A DNA stretch of 64,000 nucleotides from Gammaproteobacteria bacterium. Lineage in GTDB: Bacteria > Pseudomonadota > Gammaproteobacteria > JBCCGL01. The position numbers and the translations under genes are program-made. A model generated the notes under the pieces. That model saw only the letters and a program-made list of their open reading frames with translations. It was not told where the DNA came from and did no database searches. Shown here in pieces: positions 10,096 through 19,695 of the stretch. Position 1 is the stretch's first letter, and every line of letters starts with the position of its first letter. The stretch covers positions 3,296,001-3,360,000 of the forward strand of contig OZ255836.1 of assembly GCA_965277715.1 (NCBI GenBank), given 5' to 3'.

Positions 10096-10123
10096 TAGAC
10101 GTATGAGAGGAAGGTTTGATTGC
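10096..10123 (-). promoter_or_regulatory. Putative ECF sigma promoter of the bufferin operon
   Basis: Minus strand GCAATC-N16-CGTCTA, 60 bp upstream of the precursor ATG. Confidence 0.5.
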
Positions 10124-10152
10124 AGAGAGGAGCGAATTAAGTGAAATCGAGT

Positions 10153-10167
10153 CTGCGGAATTTAGGA
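10153..10167. repeat. Solo end fragment of the TTA-flanked MITE family
   Basis: CTGCGGAATTTAGGA followed by TTA, identical to right end of 14958-15080. Confidence 0.6.
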
Positions 10168-10298
10168 TTAAGTATTTTTGCGGGAAAATGCCCGCACTTG
10201 CCCTTTGCTGTGTGGGCTGATAGCAATGAACAAATCTATCTCAGCCGGAACCTCTGTAAATACTATAGGGGCCTTATATGTCAATTGTATTGAACTAT

Positions 10299-11099
10299 TT
10301 ACAACCCAAAAACCAATAACAATACTCCACCGAGTGCAATACGGTAAACAACAAACGGCAACATACCGATTTGCTGTATCCACTTGAGAAAAAAGTGGAT
10401 ACAAATAAATGCACAGGCGCCGGATACCAGCGTCCCTAAACCCAGTGAAACCCAGTCCACCGTCTGTGTTGTTATCAACAGGTCTTTACTGACCAGCCCG
10501 GCAGACAACAAAATAACCGGAATAGACAATAAAAAAGAAAACCGCGCCGCCACTTCGCGCTCAAAGCCGAGCATTAACGCCGCTGTCATAGTGATACCGG
10601 AGCGCGATGTACCCGGAATCAATGCCAGAACCTGGGCAACACCGATCAATAAATAGTGTCGCCAACTCATCTGCGCCTCACTGTAACGGCGCCTGGCAAA
10701 CGCATCGGCGGCCCATAACAACAGCCCAAATAAAATGGTCGCCCAGGCAATCACCAGCGGTGAGCGCAGGTCGCTCTCGATATACCCTTTGAGCAATAAA
10801 CCGGCAAGACACACCGGCACCGTGGCCAGTGCGATACCCCAGGCGAGCTTTGCCTCAGCGTCGACACCCCGACCGAGCAATGAATAAAACCAGGCCACTA
10901 ACATCGTCGAAATCTGCTGGCGAAAATACACCATCACGGCGATCAAGGTGCCGAGGTGTACCGCCACATCAAATTCAAGCCCCTGATCCGGCCAGCCAAC
11001 CAATGGTGGTATAAGGATGAGGTGCGCCGAGCTGGAAATGGGTAAAAATTCCGTCAGGCCCTGAACAATCGCCAGGATAATGATTTGAATAGTGTCCAT
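10299..11099 (-). CDS. uppP: Undecaprenyl-diphosphate phosphatase
   Basis: QGLTEFLPISSSAH and PGTSRSG motifs. Confidence 0.97.
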   Translation of the reverse strand: MDTIQIIILAIVQGLTEFLPISSSAHLILIPPLVGWPDQGLEFDVAVHLGTLIAVMVYFRQQISTMLVAWFYSLLGRGVDAEAKLAWGIALATVPVCLAGLLLKGYIESDLRSPLVIAWATILFGLLLWAADAFARRRYSEAQMSWRHYLLIGVAQVLALIPGTSRSGITMTAALMLGFEREVAARFSFLLSIPVILLSAGLVSKDLLITTQTVDWVSLGLGTLVSGACAFICIHFFLKWIQQIGMLPFVVYRIALGGVLLLVFGL

Positions 11100-11149
11100 T
11101 GTGTATCTGTTGGCCTGGTTAATTGACTGGGGGATTGATTGCGGATTGA

Positions 11150-12331
11150 TTACAGGCGGTGGGTTCGGTCGTTGAGCGCAAAACCACGCAATGGCCCGTT
11201 CAATATAGCGGGCATATTTTTTGAAAACCCGATAACATTAAATGCCTCACCCATTTGTCCCGGTAGGGTGAGTTGTTGCACTTGCCTCGACAAAATTAAA
11301 CGCCGCACATCATCCGCCTGGGCCATTGCCGCCTCAACCAACACAGCTAAATCACAGTTAAACAGAAACTGCTGCTGGCTGATAAACCCCTCCAGTGACA
11401 TACCTGCTTGCGTGCCCGCTTCGGCAACTGCGGTGAAGTCGACATGGGCGGTAATATCCTGCAGACCGGGATAGAGATAGGGGTCATCGTGGGCGCGGTG
11501 CTGGTAATAGCACCGCAAAGTGCCCGCTGCCCGCATGGGATGATAATAGCTGTCTCTTGGGTAGCCGTAGTCGATCAACAGTAAAACAGTGGATTCTGCC
11601 GCCTGCGCAAAGCCACTGAACCAGGCGGGAAGTAATGGGTTAATTTCGGCGCTGAAGCCTTCTGGCCAACTATCGCTGCCATGTGTATGGATATTCGCCA
11701 CGGCGGCGGCCAGCGGGGCATCGGCGCTGGCAAATGACTCGACAAGCTTACCCGCTGCGCAGCTCACCCGTACCTGTTCAACCTTACCCGCCCGCCAGCG
11801 AAAACGCTCAATCGGCATGGCATCCAGTATTTCATTGCCAAGGGCAACGCCGCGAAAGTGCGTTGGCCAGGCGTCCAGCCAGCTAACGCGCTCAAGCAAA
11901 TGGGGCGCTTTTGCCGCAAGGGTTTGCCGTTGTAGTTGGCGCAGATCAGGGCTTAATTCGAGGATTAAGTAGCGGGTTGGCAGGCAGTCGAGGGTGTCCA
12001 GTCGCAGTAGCATACCGGCGGCCAGTGCGCCGGTTCCGGCGCCAAATTCCAGCACATCGCCACCGCCCAGCGCCATTAATACCTCCTGTGCCTGGTGTGC
12101 CAGGCACTGCGCAAACAGAGGGGATAGCTCCGGTGCGGTGACAAAGTCACCGCCCTCACCAAATTTGCGCAGGCCACTGACGTAGTAGCCCAGGCCCGGT
12201 GCATATAAAGCCTCCTGCATATACGCCATAAACGACAAACTGCCATCGCGGGCAATTATTTCGCATAGCTGCGCCACCAGGCGCTCACTGCGCAATAACA
12301 ACCGCTTATCTGGTACTGGTAACCCGCTCAC
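11150..12331 (-). CDS. SAM-dependent methyltransferase, MidA/NDUFAF7 (DUF185) family
   Basis: GDFVTAPE, EFGAGTG, NEILDA, IDYG, QDITAHVDF motifs. Confidence 0.9.
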   Translation of the reverse strand: MSGLPVPDKRLLLRSERLVAQLCEIIARDGSLSFMAYMQEALYAPGLGYYVSGLRKFGEGGDFVTAPELSPLFAQCLAHQAQEVLMALGGGDVLEFGAGTGALAAGMLLRLDTLDCLPTRYLILELSPDLRQLQRQTLAAKAPHLLERVSWLDAWPTHFRGVALGNEILDAMPIERFRWRAGKVEQVRVSCAAGKLVESFASADAPLAAAVANIHTHGSDSWPEGFSAEINPLLPAWFSGFAQAAESTVLLLIDYGYPRDSYYHPMRAAGTLRCYYQHRAHDDPYLYPGLQDITAHVDFTAVAEAGTQAGMSLEGFISQQQFLFNCDLAVLVEAAMAQADDVRRLILSRQVQQLTLPGQMGEAFNVIGFSKNMPAILNGPLRGFALNDRTHRL

Positions 12332-12337
12332 TTTACA

Positions 12338-13120
12338 ATGCTCGCTCGCTCGCTGTGGTATTGGTTAATGAACAAATCTGCGCTACCCGCACATTTTCTA
12401 CAGGGCAAAACGGTATTAATCACCGGCGCGGCAAAACGTATCGGTGCGCACATCGCCCGCTGTGCACACCGTGCCGGGGCAAACATTGCCCTGCACTACC
12501 GTCACTCGCATGGCCACGCCAACCAATTGGCCCGCGAGCTGGAAGCCGGGCGTGATGATTCGGTGGAATTGATTCAGGCGGATCTACTCGATAAGGCATC
12601 GCCACAGCGTATTGTCGAGCAGGCCGTGGCGCGCTGGAAAACCCTGGATGTGCTGGTCAATAACGCCTCGGCATTCTACCCCACTCCGCTGGGCAGTATC
12701 GACGAAAAGTGCTGGGATGAACTGCTTGGCAGCAACCTTAAAGCCCCCTTGTTTATTAGCCAGGCAGCGGCGCCCTGGCTGCGCCAGACACACGGCTGCA
12801 TTATTAATATGGTCGACATCCACGCGCAGCGGGCACTTGATGACCACCTGGTTTACTGCGCCGCCAAAGCGGGTTTGGTGATGCTGACACAATCGCTGGC
12901 CAAAGCGCTGGCACCGCAGGTGCGGGTTAATGCCCTGGCACCCGGCGCTATTTTACCGCCAGGTGAACGCACAGAAATGCCCACCGAAACCAGCGCTGCA
13001 ATTCCCCTGCAACGCGTGGGCACGCTTGACGACATTGCCAATACGGTGCTTTTTTTAGCTCAACCATCAAGCTATTTAACCGGGCAGGTTATTGCGGTGG
13101 ATGGTGGTAAGTCATTGTAA
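12338..13120 (+). CDS. Pteridine reductase (SDR family)
   Basis: TGAAKRIG, NNAS, YCAAK motifs; beside folK/folB; true start may be ATG 12368. Confidence 0.9.
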   Translation: MLARSLWYWLMNKSALPAHFLQGKTVLITGAAKRIGAHIARCAHRAGANIALHYRHSHGHANQLARELEAGRDDSVELIQADLLDKASPQRIVEQAVARWKTLDVLVNNASAFYPTPLGSIDEKCWDELLGSNLKAPLFISQAAAPWLRQTHGCIINMVDIHAQRALDDHLVYCAAKAGLVMLTQSLAKALAPQVRVNALAPGAILPPGERTEMPTETSAAIPLQRVGTLDDIANTVLFLAQPSSYLTGQVIAVDGGKSL

Positions 13121-13141
13121 TTTTGAAGCGCACAGAAGCGA

Positions 13142-13750
13142 TCAGAATGAAAGTGGTATCTGCCTGATACTGCCGACCTCTTGTGGGTTTTTCCGGCAAA
13201 ACTGCTGCCACAACGTACCGATAGGCTGCGCACACTGCGGGTGGATCACATCGGCGGCAATATCGGCCAGCGGCGCCAGTACAAACGCATATTCGATGAT
13301 CTCGCTGCGCGGGAGTTGCAGCCCTGCCTGGTCACATACCACATCGGCGTACAGCAATATATCAATATCCAGCGTGCGCGCTGCAAAGCGTTGCTGCTGG
13401 CGCTGTCTGCCGTGTTGTTTTTCTATATTGTGTAAAACAGGCCGTATCGCCTGTAGCGTGCTTGCAGTGGAAACGTGTGCCGCCAGATTGAGAAAATCCT
13501 CACCGTCAAAGCCGACCGCCGGGGTTTGGTAGACAGGTGATAGAACCAACCCACCGAACGCATCGCGCAGCGCCTGCACGCAGCCGCGCAGATTATTTGG
13601 CGCATCGATATTACTGCCCAGGCTGAGGTAAACATCTTGCCTGTTGCTGGGACTCCTCCGACTTTGGATTGATTGGCACATGAAATAATCTATAGGTATA
13701 GAGAGTAACGTATTAAAAAATAGCCCATTAACCAAAAACCAACGGTACAC
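13142..13750 (-). CDS. folK: 2-amino-4-hydroxy-6-hydroxymethyldihydropteridine pyrophosphokinase
   Basis: YLSLGSN, RTLDIDILLY, FVLAPLADIA motifs; real start probably downstream of 13750. Confidence 0.93.
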   Translation of the reverse strand: MYRWFLVNGLFFNTLLSIPIDYFMCQSIQSRRSPSNRQDVYLSLGSNIDAPNNLRGCVQALRDAFGGLVLSPVYQTPAVGFDGEDFLNLAAHVSTASTLQAIRPVLHNIEKQHGRQRQQQRFAARTLDIDILLYADVVCDQAGLQLPRSEIIEYAFVLAPLADIAADVIHPQCAQPIGTLWQQFCRKNPQEVGSIRQIPLSF

Positions 13751-13826
13751 AAGGTGATAGTCGAGCCCGGTTGAGTGTCACTTACAGTGCGCTATATAAA
13801 GAAGTTAATCCAGGGGGCGTTCTAGA

Positions 13827-14183
13827 TTAAACACGTACACCGCGTTCAATAATAATACCGACATCTTTGGCACCACGTACCGCGCCTGGCTTATGCAGCG
13901 TCAACCTGACCCAGGGCAGTGAAAACTCATCGAGCACCAGCGCGGCAACCTGCTCTGCCATCGTTTCAACTAAAAAGAACTCACTACTGCCAATAAAATC
14001 GATCAATCGCTTGGCGACATCTTTGTAACTCGGTGTGTACTCAATACTGTCGGTCTCTGCGGCTTTGCGGATATCCGTACCCATTTCCAGATCAACACTG
14101 ACCGTTTGCCGGGTTGTTCGCTCCCAATCGTAAATGCCGATGATCGTCTCAACCCGCAGATCGTGTATGAAAATAACATCCAT
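13827..14183 (-). CDS. folB: Dihydroneopterin aldolase
   Basis: IGIYDWER..Q, LVETMAE, KPGAV motifs. Confidence 0.97.
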   Translation of the reverse strand: MDVIFIHDLRVETIIGIYDWERTTRQTVSVDLEMGTDIRKAAETDSIEYTPSYKDVAKRLIDFIGSSEFFLVETMAEQVAALVLDEFSLPWVRLTLHKPGAVRGAKDVGIIIERGVRV

Positions 14184-14353
14184 AAACCGCTAATACTCGC
14201 TATAAAACCTGAATATAATGGAATTTTCACACATTGCGCGACAAAATAGGGAATAAATGATCATCGGTGCAATAAATTGCAATGGGCCTTGCACAGAGCG
14301 CCTTCATCGCCTAAAATTCCGCGCTTTTGCAAATGCAGCACCCGGAGAGGGCT

Positions 14354-14590
14354 ATGTCCAGAGTTTGTCAGGTAACCGGCAAAAAGCCGATGAGCGGAAA
14401 CAACGTATCACACGCTCACAACAAAACCCGTCGGCGGTTTCTGCCCAATTTGCACACACACCGGTTTTGGGTGGAAAGTGAAAACCGCTTTATAAAACTG
14501 CGTGTATCCAGTAACGGTATGCGCACCATCGACAAAAATGGTATCGACGCAGTACTCGCCGACATCCGTAAACGCGGCGAAAGCCTGTAA
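14354..14590 (+). CDS. rpmB: 50S ribosomal protein L28
   Basis: [32 protein letters not shown]; GGAG upstream of ATG 14354. Confidence 0.98.
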   Translation: MSRVCQVTGKKPMSGNNVSHAHNKTRRRFLPNLHTHRFWVESENRFIKLRVSSNGMRTIDKNGIDAVLADIRKRGESL

Positions 14591-14600
14591 GGGGAACCCC

Positions 14601-14756
14601 ATGAGAGACAAAATCAAAATGGTATCCAGTGCGGGCACTGGTCACTTCTACACCACCACCAAAAACAAACGCACCATGAGCGAAAAGCTCGAAATGAAAA
14701 AGTTTGATCCCAAAGTGCGCCAACATGTAATGTACAAAGAAGCCAAAATCAAATAA
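14601..14756 (+). CDS. rpmG: 50S ribosomal protein L33
   Basis: [24 protein letters not shown]. Confidence 0.98.
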   Translation: MRDKIKMVSSAGTGHFYTTTKNKRTMSEKLEMKKFDPKVRQHVMYKEAKIK

Positions 14757-14957
14757 CCAAACAACTTTAGATTAGCAAGAAGGCGCAAATCTATACTACC
14801 AGTAGTCAGCATCAGCCTGTTTTCCACAGAAACAGTTGGCGCACACCTCTATTCGTTAATAAGACACTCTTACGGCCTGTACCGCACTCATCTGCTGAAA
14901 CCGCCGTAACCCCTCATGTAATAACAACCCGGATAACCTTTTGCCAGCACACTATTA

Positions 14958-15080
14958 TCCTAAATTCCGCAGTTGAATCTACTGCGACCACCTAGTGCAC
15001 AGAATCTAAAGCGCTTTTACCAGCATTTCAGCTTCAGCACCTTAGACGCCCTCGCTACAATTCAACTGCGGAATTTAGGA
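14958..15080. mobile_element. 123-bp MITE with 21-bp terminal inverted repeats and TTA target duplication
   Basis: TCCTAAATTCCGCAGTTGAAT ... ATTCAACTGCGGAATTTAGGA; TTA at 14955-57 and 15081-83; partial copies at 10153, 31672, 33963. Confidence 0.85.
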
Positions 15081-15146
15081 TTATGGATATAAGTGGTAAG
15101 GTATCACAGTGATAACTACTGTCTGTTTGCACTCACTAAAGACCCC

Positions 15147-15848
15147 ATGACAACTGCACACTCTCCTATCCCTACCGCACTCGACACAGTACACCGCAAT
15201 ATAATTGACTGCGAAACCCGCTTTAAACGGACAGCGGGCAGTGTACGCCTGATTGCTGTCAGCAAAACCAAACCTGCTGCCCATATTCAGGCTGCTATCG
15301 CGTGTGGGCAACGCGATTTTGGTGAAAATTACCTGGATGAAGCACTGGAAAAAATTGCCCAACTCAGCGGTAGCGACTGCTGCTGGCACTTTATCGGCAG
15401 TATTCAATCCAACAAAACCCGCCATGTGGCGGCACATTTTGATTGGGCACACTGTATTGATCGCGAAAAAATTGCCCGGCGTTTATCACAGCAACGCCCG
15501 GTACACCTGCCACCCCTCAATGTGTGCATTCAGGTCAATATCGACGCCGAAGCCAGTAAGTCCGGCGTCTCTGCCGATGAGGCGCTATTACTGGCTGATA
15601 AAATCAGCCCGTTACCCAATATTCGTCTGCGTGGTTTGATGGCGATTCCCAGCCTCGCGCAAAACCTGGATGAGCAACGCAAGCCATTCGCCCGTATGCG
15701 GGCATTGTTTGAAACAATACAGCACACCCATGCACAGATGGACACACTGTCGATGGGCATGAGTGGCGACCTCGCTGCGGCGATTGCAGAAGGTGCCACG
15801 ATGGTGCGCATTGGCACCGCTATTTTTGGCGCCCGCCCGGTAAAATAA
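15147..15848 (+). CDS. yggS: Pyridoxal phosphate homeostasis protein YggS
   Basis: AVSKTKP, FGENY, WHFIGSIQSNK, SMGMSGD, VRIGTAIFG. Confidence 0.96.
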   Translation: MTTAHSPIPTALDTVHRNIIDCETRFKRTAGSVRLIAVSKTKPAAHIQAAIACGQRDFGENYLDEALEKIAQLSGSDCCWHFIGSIQSNKTRHVAAHFDWAHCIDREKIARRLSQQRPVHLPPLNVCIQVNIDAEASKSGVSADEALLLADKISPLPNIRLRGLMAIPSLAQNLDEQRKPFARMRALFETIQHTHAQMDTLSMGMSGDLAAAIAEGATMVRIGTAIFGARPVK

Positions 15849-15885
15849 GGCACATCCTGCATTTATTTCGCTACACTTTGGCATT

Positions 15886-16725
15886 ATGAATAATACAGAT
15901 ATATACCCGCGACTGGCGTTTATTGGCGCCGGCAATATGGCGAGAAGCCTGATTGGTGGACTTATCGACCAGGGCTACCCCAGCAGTGCGATTACCGCCA
16001 GCGACATCAGTACCACCGCCCGTGAGGCGATACAGGCAGATTTTGGTATCCATGCTACGCAAGACAGCCCGGCCGCCACGCTGGCCGCTGATATAGTGGT
16101 GTTGGCCGTCAAGCCACAGGGTATGCGCGAGGTGTGTCAGGCACTGCGCAATTCAGTGCAGTCGGCAGCACCGCTGATCGTCTCGATTGCAGCCGGTATT
16201 CGCGCCTCAGATATGGATCGCTGGTTGGGCGGGGGCGTCGCCATTGTTCGCTGTATGCCCAATACACCCGCATTGGTGCAATGCGGCGCCAGTGGTTTAT
16301 ACGCCAATCCCGCCAGTGATGCCGTGCAGCGTGAACACGCACAGCGCATTCTCAGTGCCGTTAGCCGGGTGGTATGGGTAGACGAAGAAGACAAAATCGA
16401 TGCGGTAACCGCCGTTTCCGGGAGCGGCCCTGCGTATTTCTTTTTGGTGATTGAGGCCATGCAGGCCGCCGCTGAAAAACTTGGATTAAGTGCAGAGCAA
16501 GCCAATACATTGGTACTGGAGACCGCTTTCGGGGCCAGCAAAATGGCACGTGAGAGCGATTTTGATGCGGCCACTTTGCGAGCCAATGTGACGTCAAAGG
16601 GGGGTACCACAGCGGCGGCGATAGCCGTATTTGAAGACAAGGCATTGCGCCAGATGTTCTCCGAGGCCATGCACGCGGCGGCGGCACGCTCTATCGAACT
16701 CGGCAAACAATTGGGGGAAGACTAA
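15886..16725 (+). CDS. proC: Pyrroline-5-carboxylate reductase
   Basis: FIGAGNMA, LAVKPQ, RCMPNTP, SGSGPAY, VTSKGGTT. Confidence 0.97.
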   Translation: MNNTDIYPRLAFIGAGNMARSLIGGLIDQGYPSSAITASDISTTAREAIQADFGIHATQDSPAATLAADIVVLAVKPQGMREVCQALRNSVQSAAPLIVSIAAGIRASDMDRWLGGGVAIVRCMPNTPALVQCGASGLYANPASDAVQREHAQRILSAVSRVVWVDEEDKIDAVTAVSGSGPAYFFLVIEAMQAAAEKLGLSAEQANTLVLETAFGASKMARESDFDAATLRANVTSKGGTTAAAIAVFEDKALRQMFSEAMHAAAARSIELGKQLGED

Positions 16726-17316
16726 GTGAACCCAGGCACTGACGCGCTGAGCTACCTGCTCAATATACTGATTGACCTTTATGTCATGGTCGTTGCACTG
16801 CGCTTTTTAATGCAGGCAGTGCGCGCTGACTACTACAACCCGCTGGCACAATTTATTGTGCGCGCCAGCAACCCACCGCTGATTCCACTGCGCCGTGTGG
16901 TACCGGGGTTTGCCGGGCAGGACATCGCGGCACTGTTGCTCTGTTTTGCACTGTTGGCTGTGAAGCTGCTTTTATTCAAGCTGTTAGGTTTGGGGGTTAG
17001 TGCGGCAGGGTATGCCTTGAATGCGTCGGCCATCAGCGCGGTTGCGCTGTTTTACTTCGCCGCTGTCGACTTGCTGGCGTTGTTTTTTAATATCTTCTTT
17101 TTTGCGTTGATTGCCCAAGCGGTGATTAGCTGGATAAACCCAGGCGCCTACAACCCCATCAGTGGCCTGCTGCACAGCATTACCGCGCCGTTACTGCGGC
17201 CTGTGCAGCGGTATATCAAGCCGGTCGGTGGTCTGGATCTCTCGCCTCTGGTCGCTATCATCGGCCTGCAAGTGGCCAAAATTCTGGTGATTCAACCGCT
17301 GTTGAGTGTTTTTTGA
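16726..17316 (+). CDS. yggT: YggT family membrane protein
   Basis: RADYYNP, PLRRVVP, GGLDLSP; yggS-proC-yggT synteny. Confidence 0.92.
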   Translation: MNPGTDALSYLLNILIDLYVMVVALRFLMQAVRADYYNPLAQFIVRASNPPLIPLRRVVPGFAGQDIAALLLCFALLAVKLLLFKLLGLGVSAAGYALNASAISAVALFYFAAVDLLALFFNIFFFALIAQAVISWINPGAYNPISGLLHSITAPLLRPVQRYIKPVGGLDLSPLVAIIGLQVAKILVIQPLLSVF

Positions 17317-17347
17317 TTGGGGTTTAATCAGCGGTGAAATAACCTGC

Positions 17348-18085
17348 CTACTTCATTTCAAACCCACGGTCACGCAAAAAACCCCGCATATATGGCCGGG
17401 ATTCCCTGCCCAGCAAGCCAGACATTTGCTCGCTCCAGCACATGGATTTTTTGCCCCCTGTGCGAGTGCGGTAGTATTCGCGCACGTGTTCATCGTATGC
17501 GCGGATGGTCTCTGCGTCACCCACTTCGCAATAGGTATCTGTTTTCATCACAACCGATACCGGCAGACGGGGCTTTACCTCTGGGTCTTGCGCCGGATAA
17601 CCGAGGCACAAGCCAAACACGGGGTAGACACCATGGGGCAGCGCCAATAATTCCGATGCCCGCTGTGGGTCGTTGCGGATACCACCGATATAACAAATAC
17701 CCAGGCCCATCGATTCAGCGGCCACCACGACATTTTGTGCCATCAGTGCCACATCGACGGTGGCGATAATAAACTGCTCGGTAAACCCCTCGGTGGCTTG
17801 TGCACCGTGCATTTCACAGCAATTCGATGAGCGGTGCAGGTCTGCACAAAACACCAGAAACTCCGCCGCCGTGGCGATGTAAGCCTGGTTCCCCGATAAG
17901 GCGACAAACTGTTTGCGCACGTCCGGGTTGCGCACTCTGATAACGGTAGTACCCTGTAGGAAGCTGGATGTTGCCGCGCCCTGCCCGGCGCGAATCAGCT
18001 CATCCAGGGTGGTGTCGTCGATGGCCTCTTCGGTAAATTTTCGAATGGATCGGTGCGATTGTAATAACGCGATAGTCGGGTTCAT
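17348..18085 (-). CDS. nfsA: Oxygen-insensitive NADPH nitroreductase (NfsA-like)
   Basis: HRSIRKF, AATSSFLQ, CYIGGIRN, KPRLP. Confidence 0.88.
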   Translation of the reverse strand: MNPTIALLQSHRSIRKFTEEAIDDTTLDELIRAGQGAATSSFLQGTTVIRVRNPDVRKQFVALSGNQAYIATAAEFLVFCADLHRSSNCCEMHGAQATEGFTEQFIIATVDVALMAQNVVVAAESMGLGICYIGGIRNDPQRASELLALPHGVYPVFGLCLGYPAQDPEVKPRLPVSVVMKTDTYCEVGDAETIRAYDEHVREYYRTRTGGKKSMCWSEQMSGLLGRESRPYMRGFLRDRGFEMK

Positions 18086-18125
18086 AAATAACTCAAAAGA
18101 TGCAGTGATAATTATTGAATCTAAA

Positions 18126-18836
18126 TTAATTCAGGTTGAAATAACCGGCAATCAAGCCGATTGCGCCGCCAAAGACACCCCCCCAGACAACCAGCCATCC
18201 AAGGTGTTTTTTTATCATTTCCTGGACAATTTCTTTCACCAGTTGTGGGGTTAGCTCATCCAGACGTTTTTCGATAACATGAGCAATTTTCCGGCGAATA
18301 CTGTCATCACTGCTGGAGTGCATAATACCCTCATGCAGCATGGCGTTAAATTCTTCGGTTTTGGCAATTTCCAGCAGGGATTGTTTCATTTTTTCTGAGA
18401 ACGGCTGCTTTAACGGCTGTAGCGCTTCGGTGCCGCCCAGCATCGACAGCATGCCGCCAAATGATGACGCCTGGATCACACTCACCAGGCCATCAAATGC
18501 CGGTGATAAATCGGTTTTTTCAATAATCGGGGCCAAATCCAACGCACTGTCTTGTGTATTGGTTGCCGACAAAAACCGCTGAATGTTCTCTGCGGTAAAA
18601 AACTGTTCCATCATCAGTTTGCGGATACCCCCCTTAAACTCCTCAAAACGTGCGGGAATAACACCAGAACCGTATAACCCCGGTATTTTCTCGAACAACA
18701 TATGCACCGCCAGCCAGTTGGTCAGCGCACCGGAGAGTGCAAACAACCCCACTGAAAAAGCCAATGGTTGTGCATAAAAGTAAGCCCCCACGACCAGTAG
18801 CGCCGCCAGGAGATTGGTTACCAGACTTTTGTTCAC
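18126..18836 (-). CDS. DUF445 family protein
   Basis: GALTNWLAVHMLF and HLGWLVVWGGVFG motifs. Confidence 0.88.
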   Translation of the reverse strand: MNKSLVTNLLAALLVVGAYFYAQPLAFSVGLFALSGALTNWLAVHMLFEKIPGLYGSGVIPARFEEFKGGIRKLMMEQFFTAENIQRFLSATNTQDSALDLAPIIEKTDLSPAFDGLVSVIQASSFGGMLSMLGGTEALQPLKQPFSEKMKQSLLEIAKTEEFNAMLHEGIMHSSSDDSIRRKIAHVIEKRLDELTPQLVKEIVQEMIKKHLGWLVVWGGVFGGAIGLIAGYFNLN

Positions 18837-18883
18837 TGTTTTTACCTGAAATTTTTGTCGGGATGGTCTTAGATTAATAGCGT

Positions 18884-19221
18884 CATCTTTTTATATATTC
18901 AAGCGGCGTCGGGGTGTTAATGCGCGCTGTCTGGTCGTCTCTGATATCGCGTGTAATAAGGTGGTCAATATTGTTTTCCAGTGCAGTTTAATATTTTTAC
19001 CAGTGATGTAAGCCTGATAATACACTTTATTGCCTTATTTCGATCAAAATGTTTATTCAGGATATAAAATAAACCGGCAATAACAACAGGTGATGTATAA
19101 GCAAGGATTACCTTGTTCTGTATCAGTAAAATAGTTCGATCGCAGGCGCAAAATTTGGCTCTCGCTCGGTAAGCAAATCAAGAATAACATCTGTGTCGAG
19201 AAAGATTTTTTCCTTTTTCAC
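18884..19221 (-). pseudogene. PIN-domain toxin pseudogene
   Basis: GTG 19221: VKKEKIFLDTDVILDLLTEREP.. then frameshift and internal deletion; C-terminal DHLITRD remnant. Confidence 0.75.
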
Positions 19222-19459
19222 TGGTGTTTTTTTCCAGGTAATCAATGTGTGCATTCTTTTCTGAATCTAAATCCACATCGTTTAATAAACCCGCAAGCTC
19301 ACCAATGACGCCGGTAACTTTGGGTGCACCGGTGACGGCGTCATTTGTCATTTTCCCGAAGTAATTTTCTACCAATTCAGACACTGAGATGTGCTGGGAT
19401 TGTGCGAACAATTTGGCTGACTGGATGATGTTTTCATCCATTTGATGTCTATGGCGCAT
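19178..19459 (-). pseudogene. DUF6364-like antitoxin with frameshifted 3' end
   Basis: DENIIQSAKLFAQSQHISVSELVENYF; one extra A in the A7 run would give LEKKHQ* overlapping the PIN GTG start. Confidence 0.7.
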
Positions 19460-19503
19460 TTTGGTTTCTTCAATGATCTGCTAACTGATATTATCCGCTA
19501 AAC

Positions 19504-19640
19504 GAGGTGTCCTAAAACTATTGCGTTCGGTGATGCGGTGTTGGAAATCGACAAAAAATGCGCATTTGTTCCATGTAAGCGGCGTTTTTTACCCATTTTC
19601 GCCTTGTCTCACCTCCGCTCGTGACGTTTTTAGGCACGCT
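19504..19640. repeat. Degenerate palindromic miniature element
   Basis: Imperfect inverted ends GTGTCCTAAAA / TTTTAGGCAC and inner GGTGATGCGG / CCTTGTCTCACC arms. Confidence 0.5.
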
Positions 19641-19695
19641 TTAATGTAGGCAATGCTTCGATAAAAAGAAAAAAACCAACACCCTGCGCGCACTT

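Noticed and set aside
11480-11486. Bare GGGGTCA heptamers in core genes (also near 27980 and 34910)
   Set aside because: Expected by chance; they lack the A/T tract and TIR extension and lie in intact genes
14502-14600. Longer ORF-track starts for rpmG and rpmB
   Set aside because: Conserved proteins begin at 14601 and 14354 with proper ribosome-binding sites
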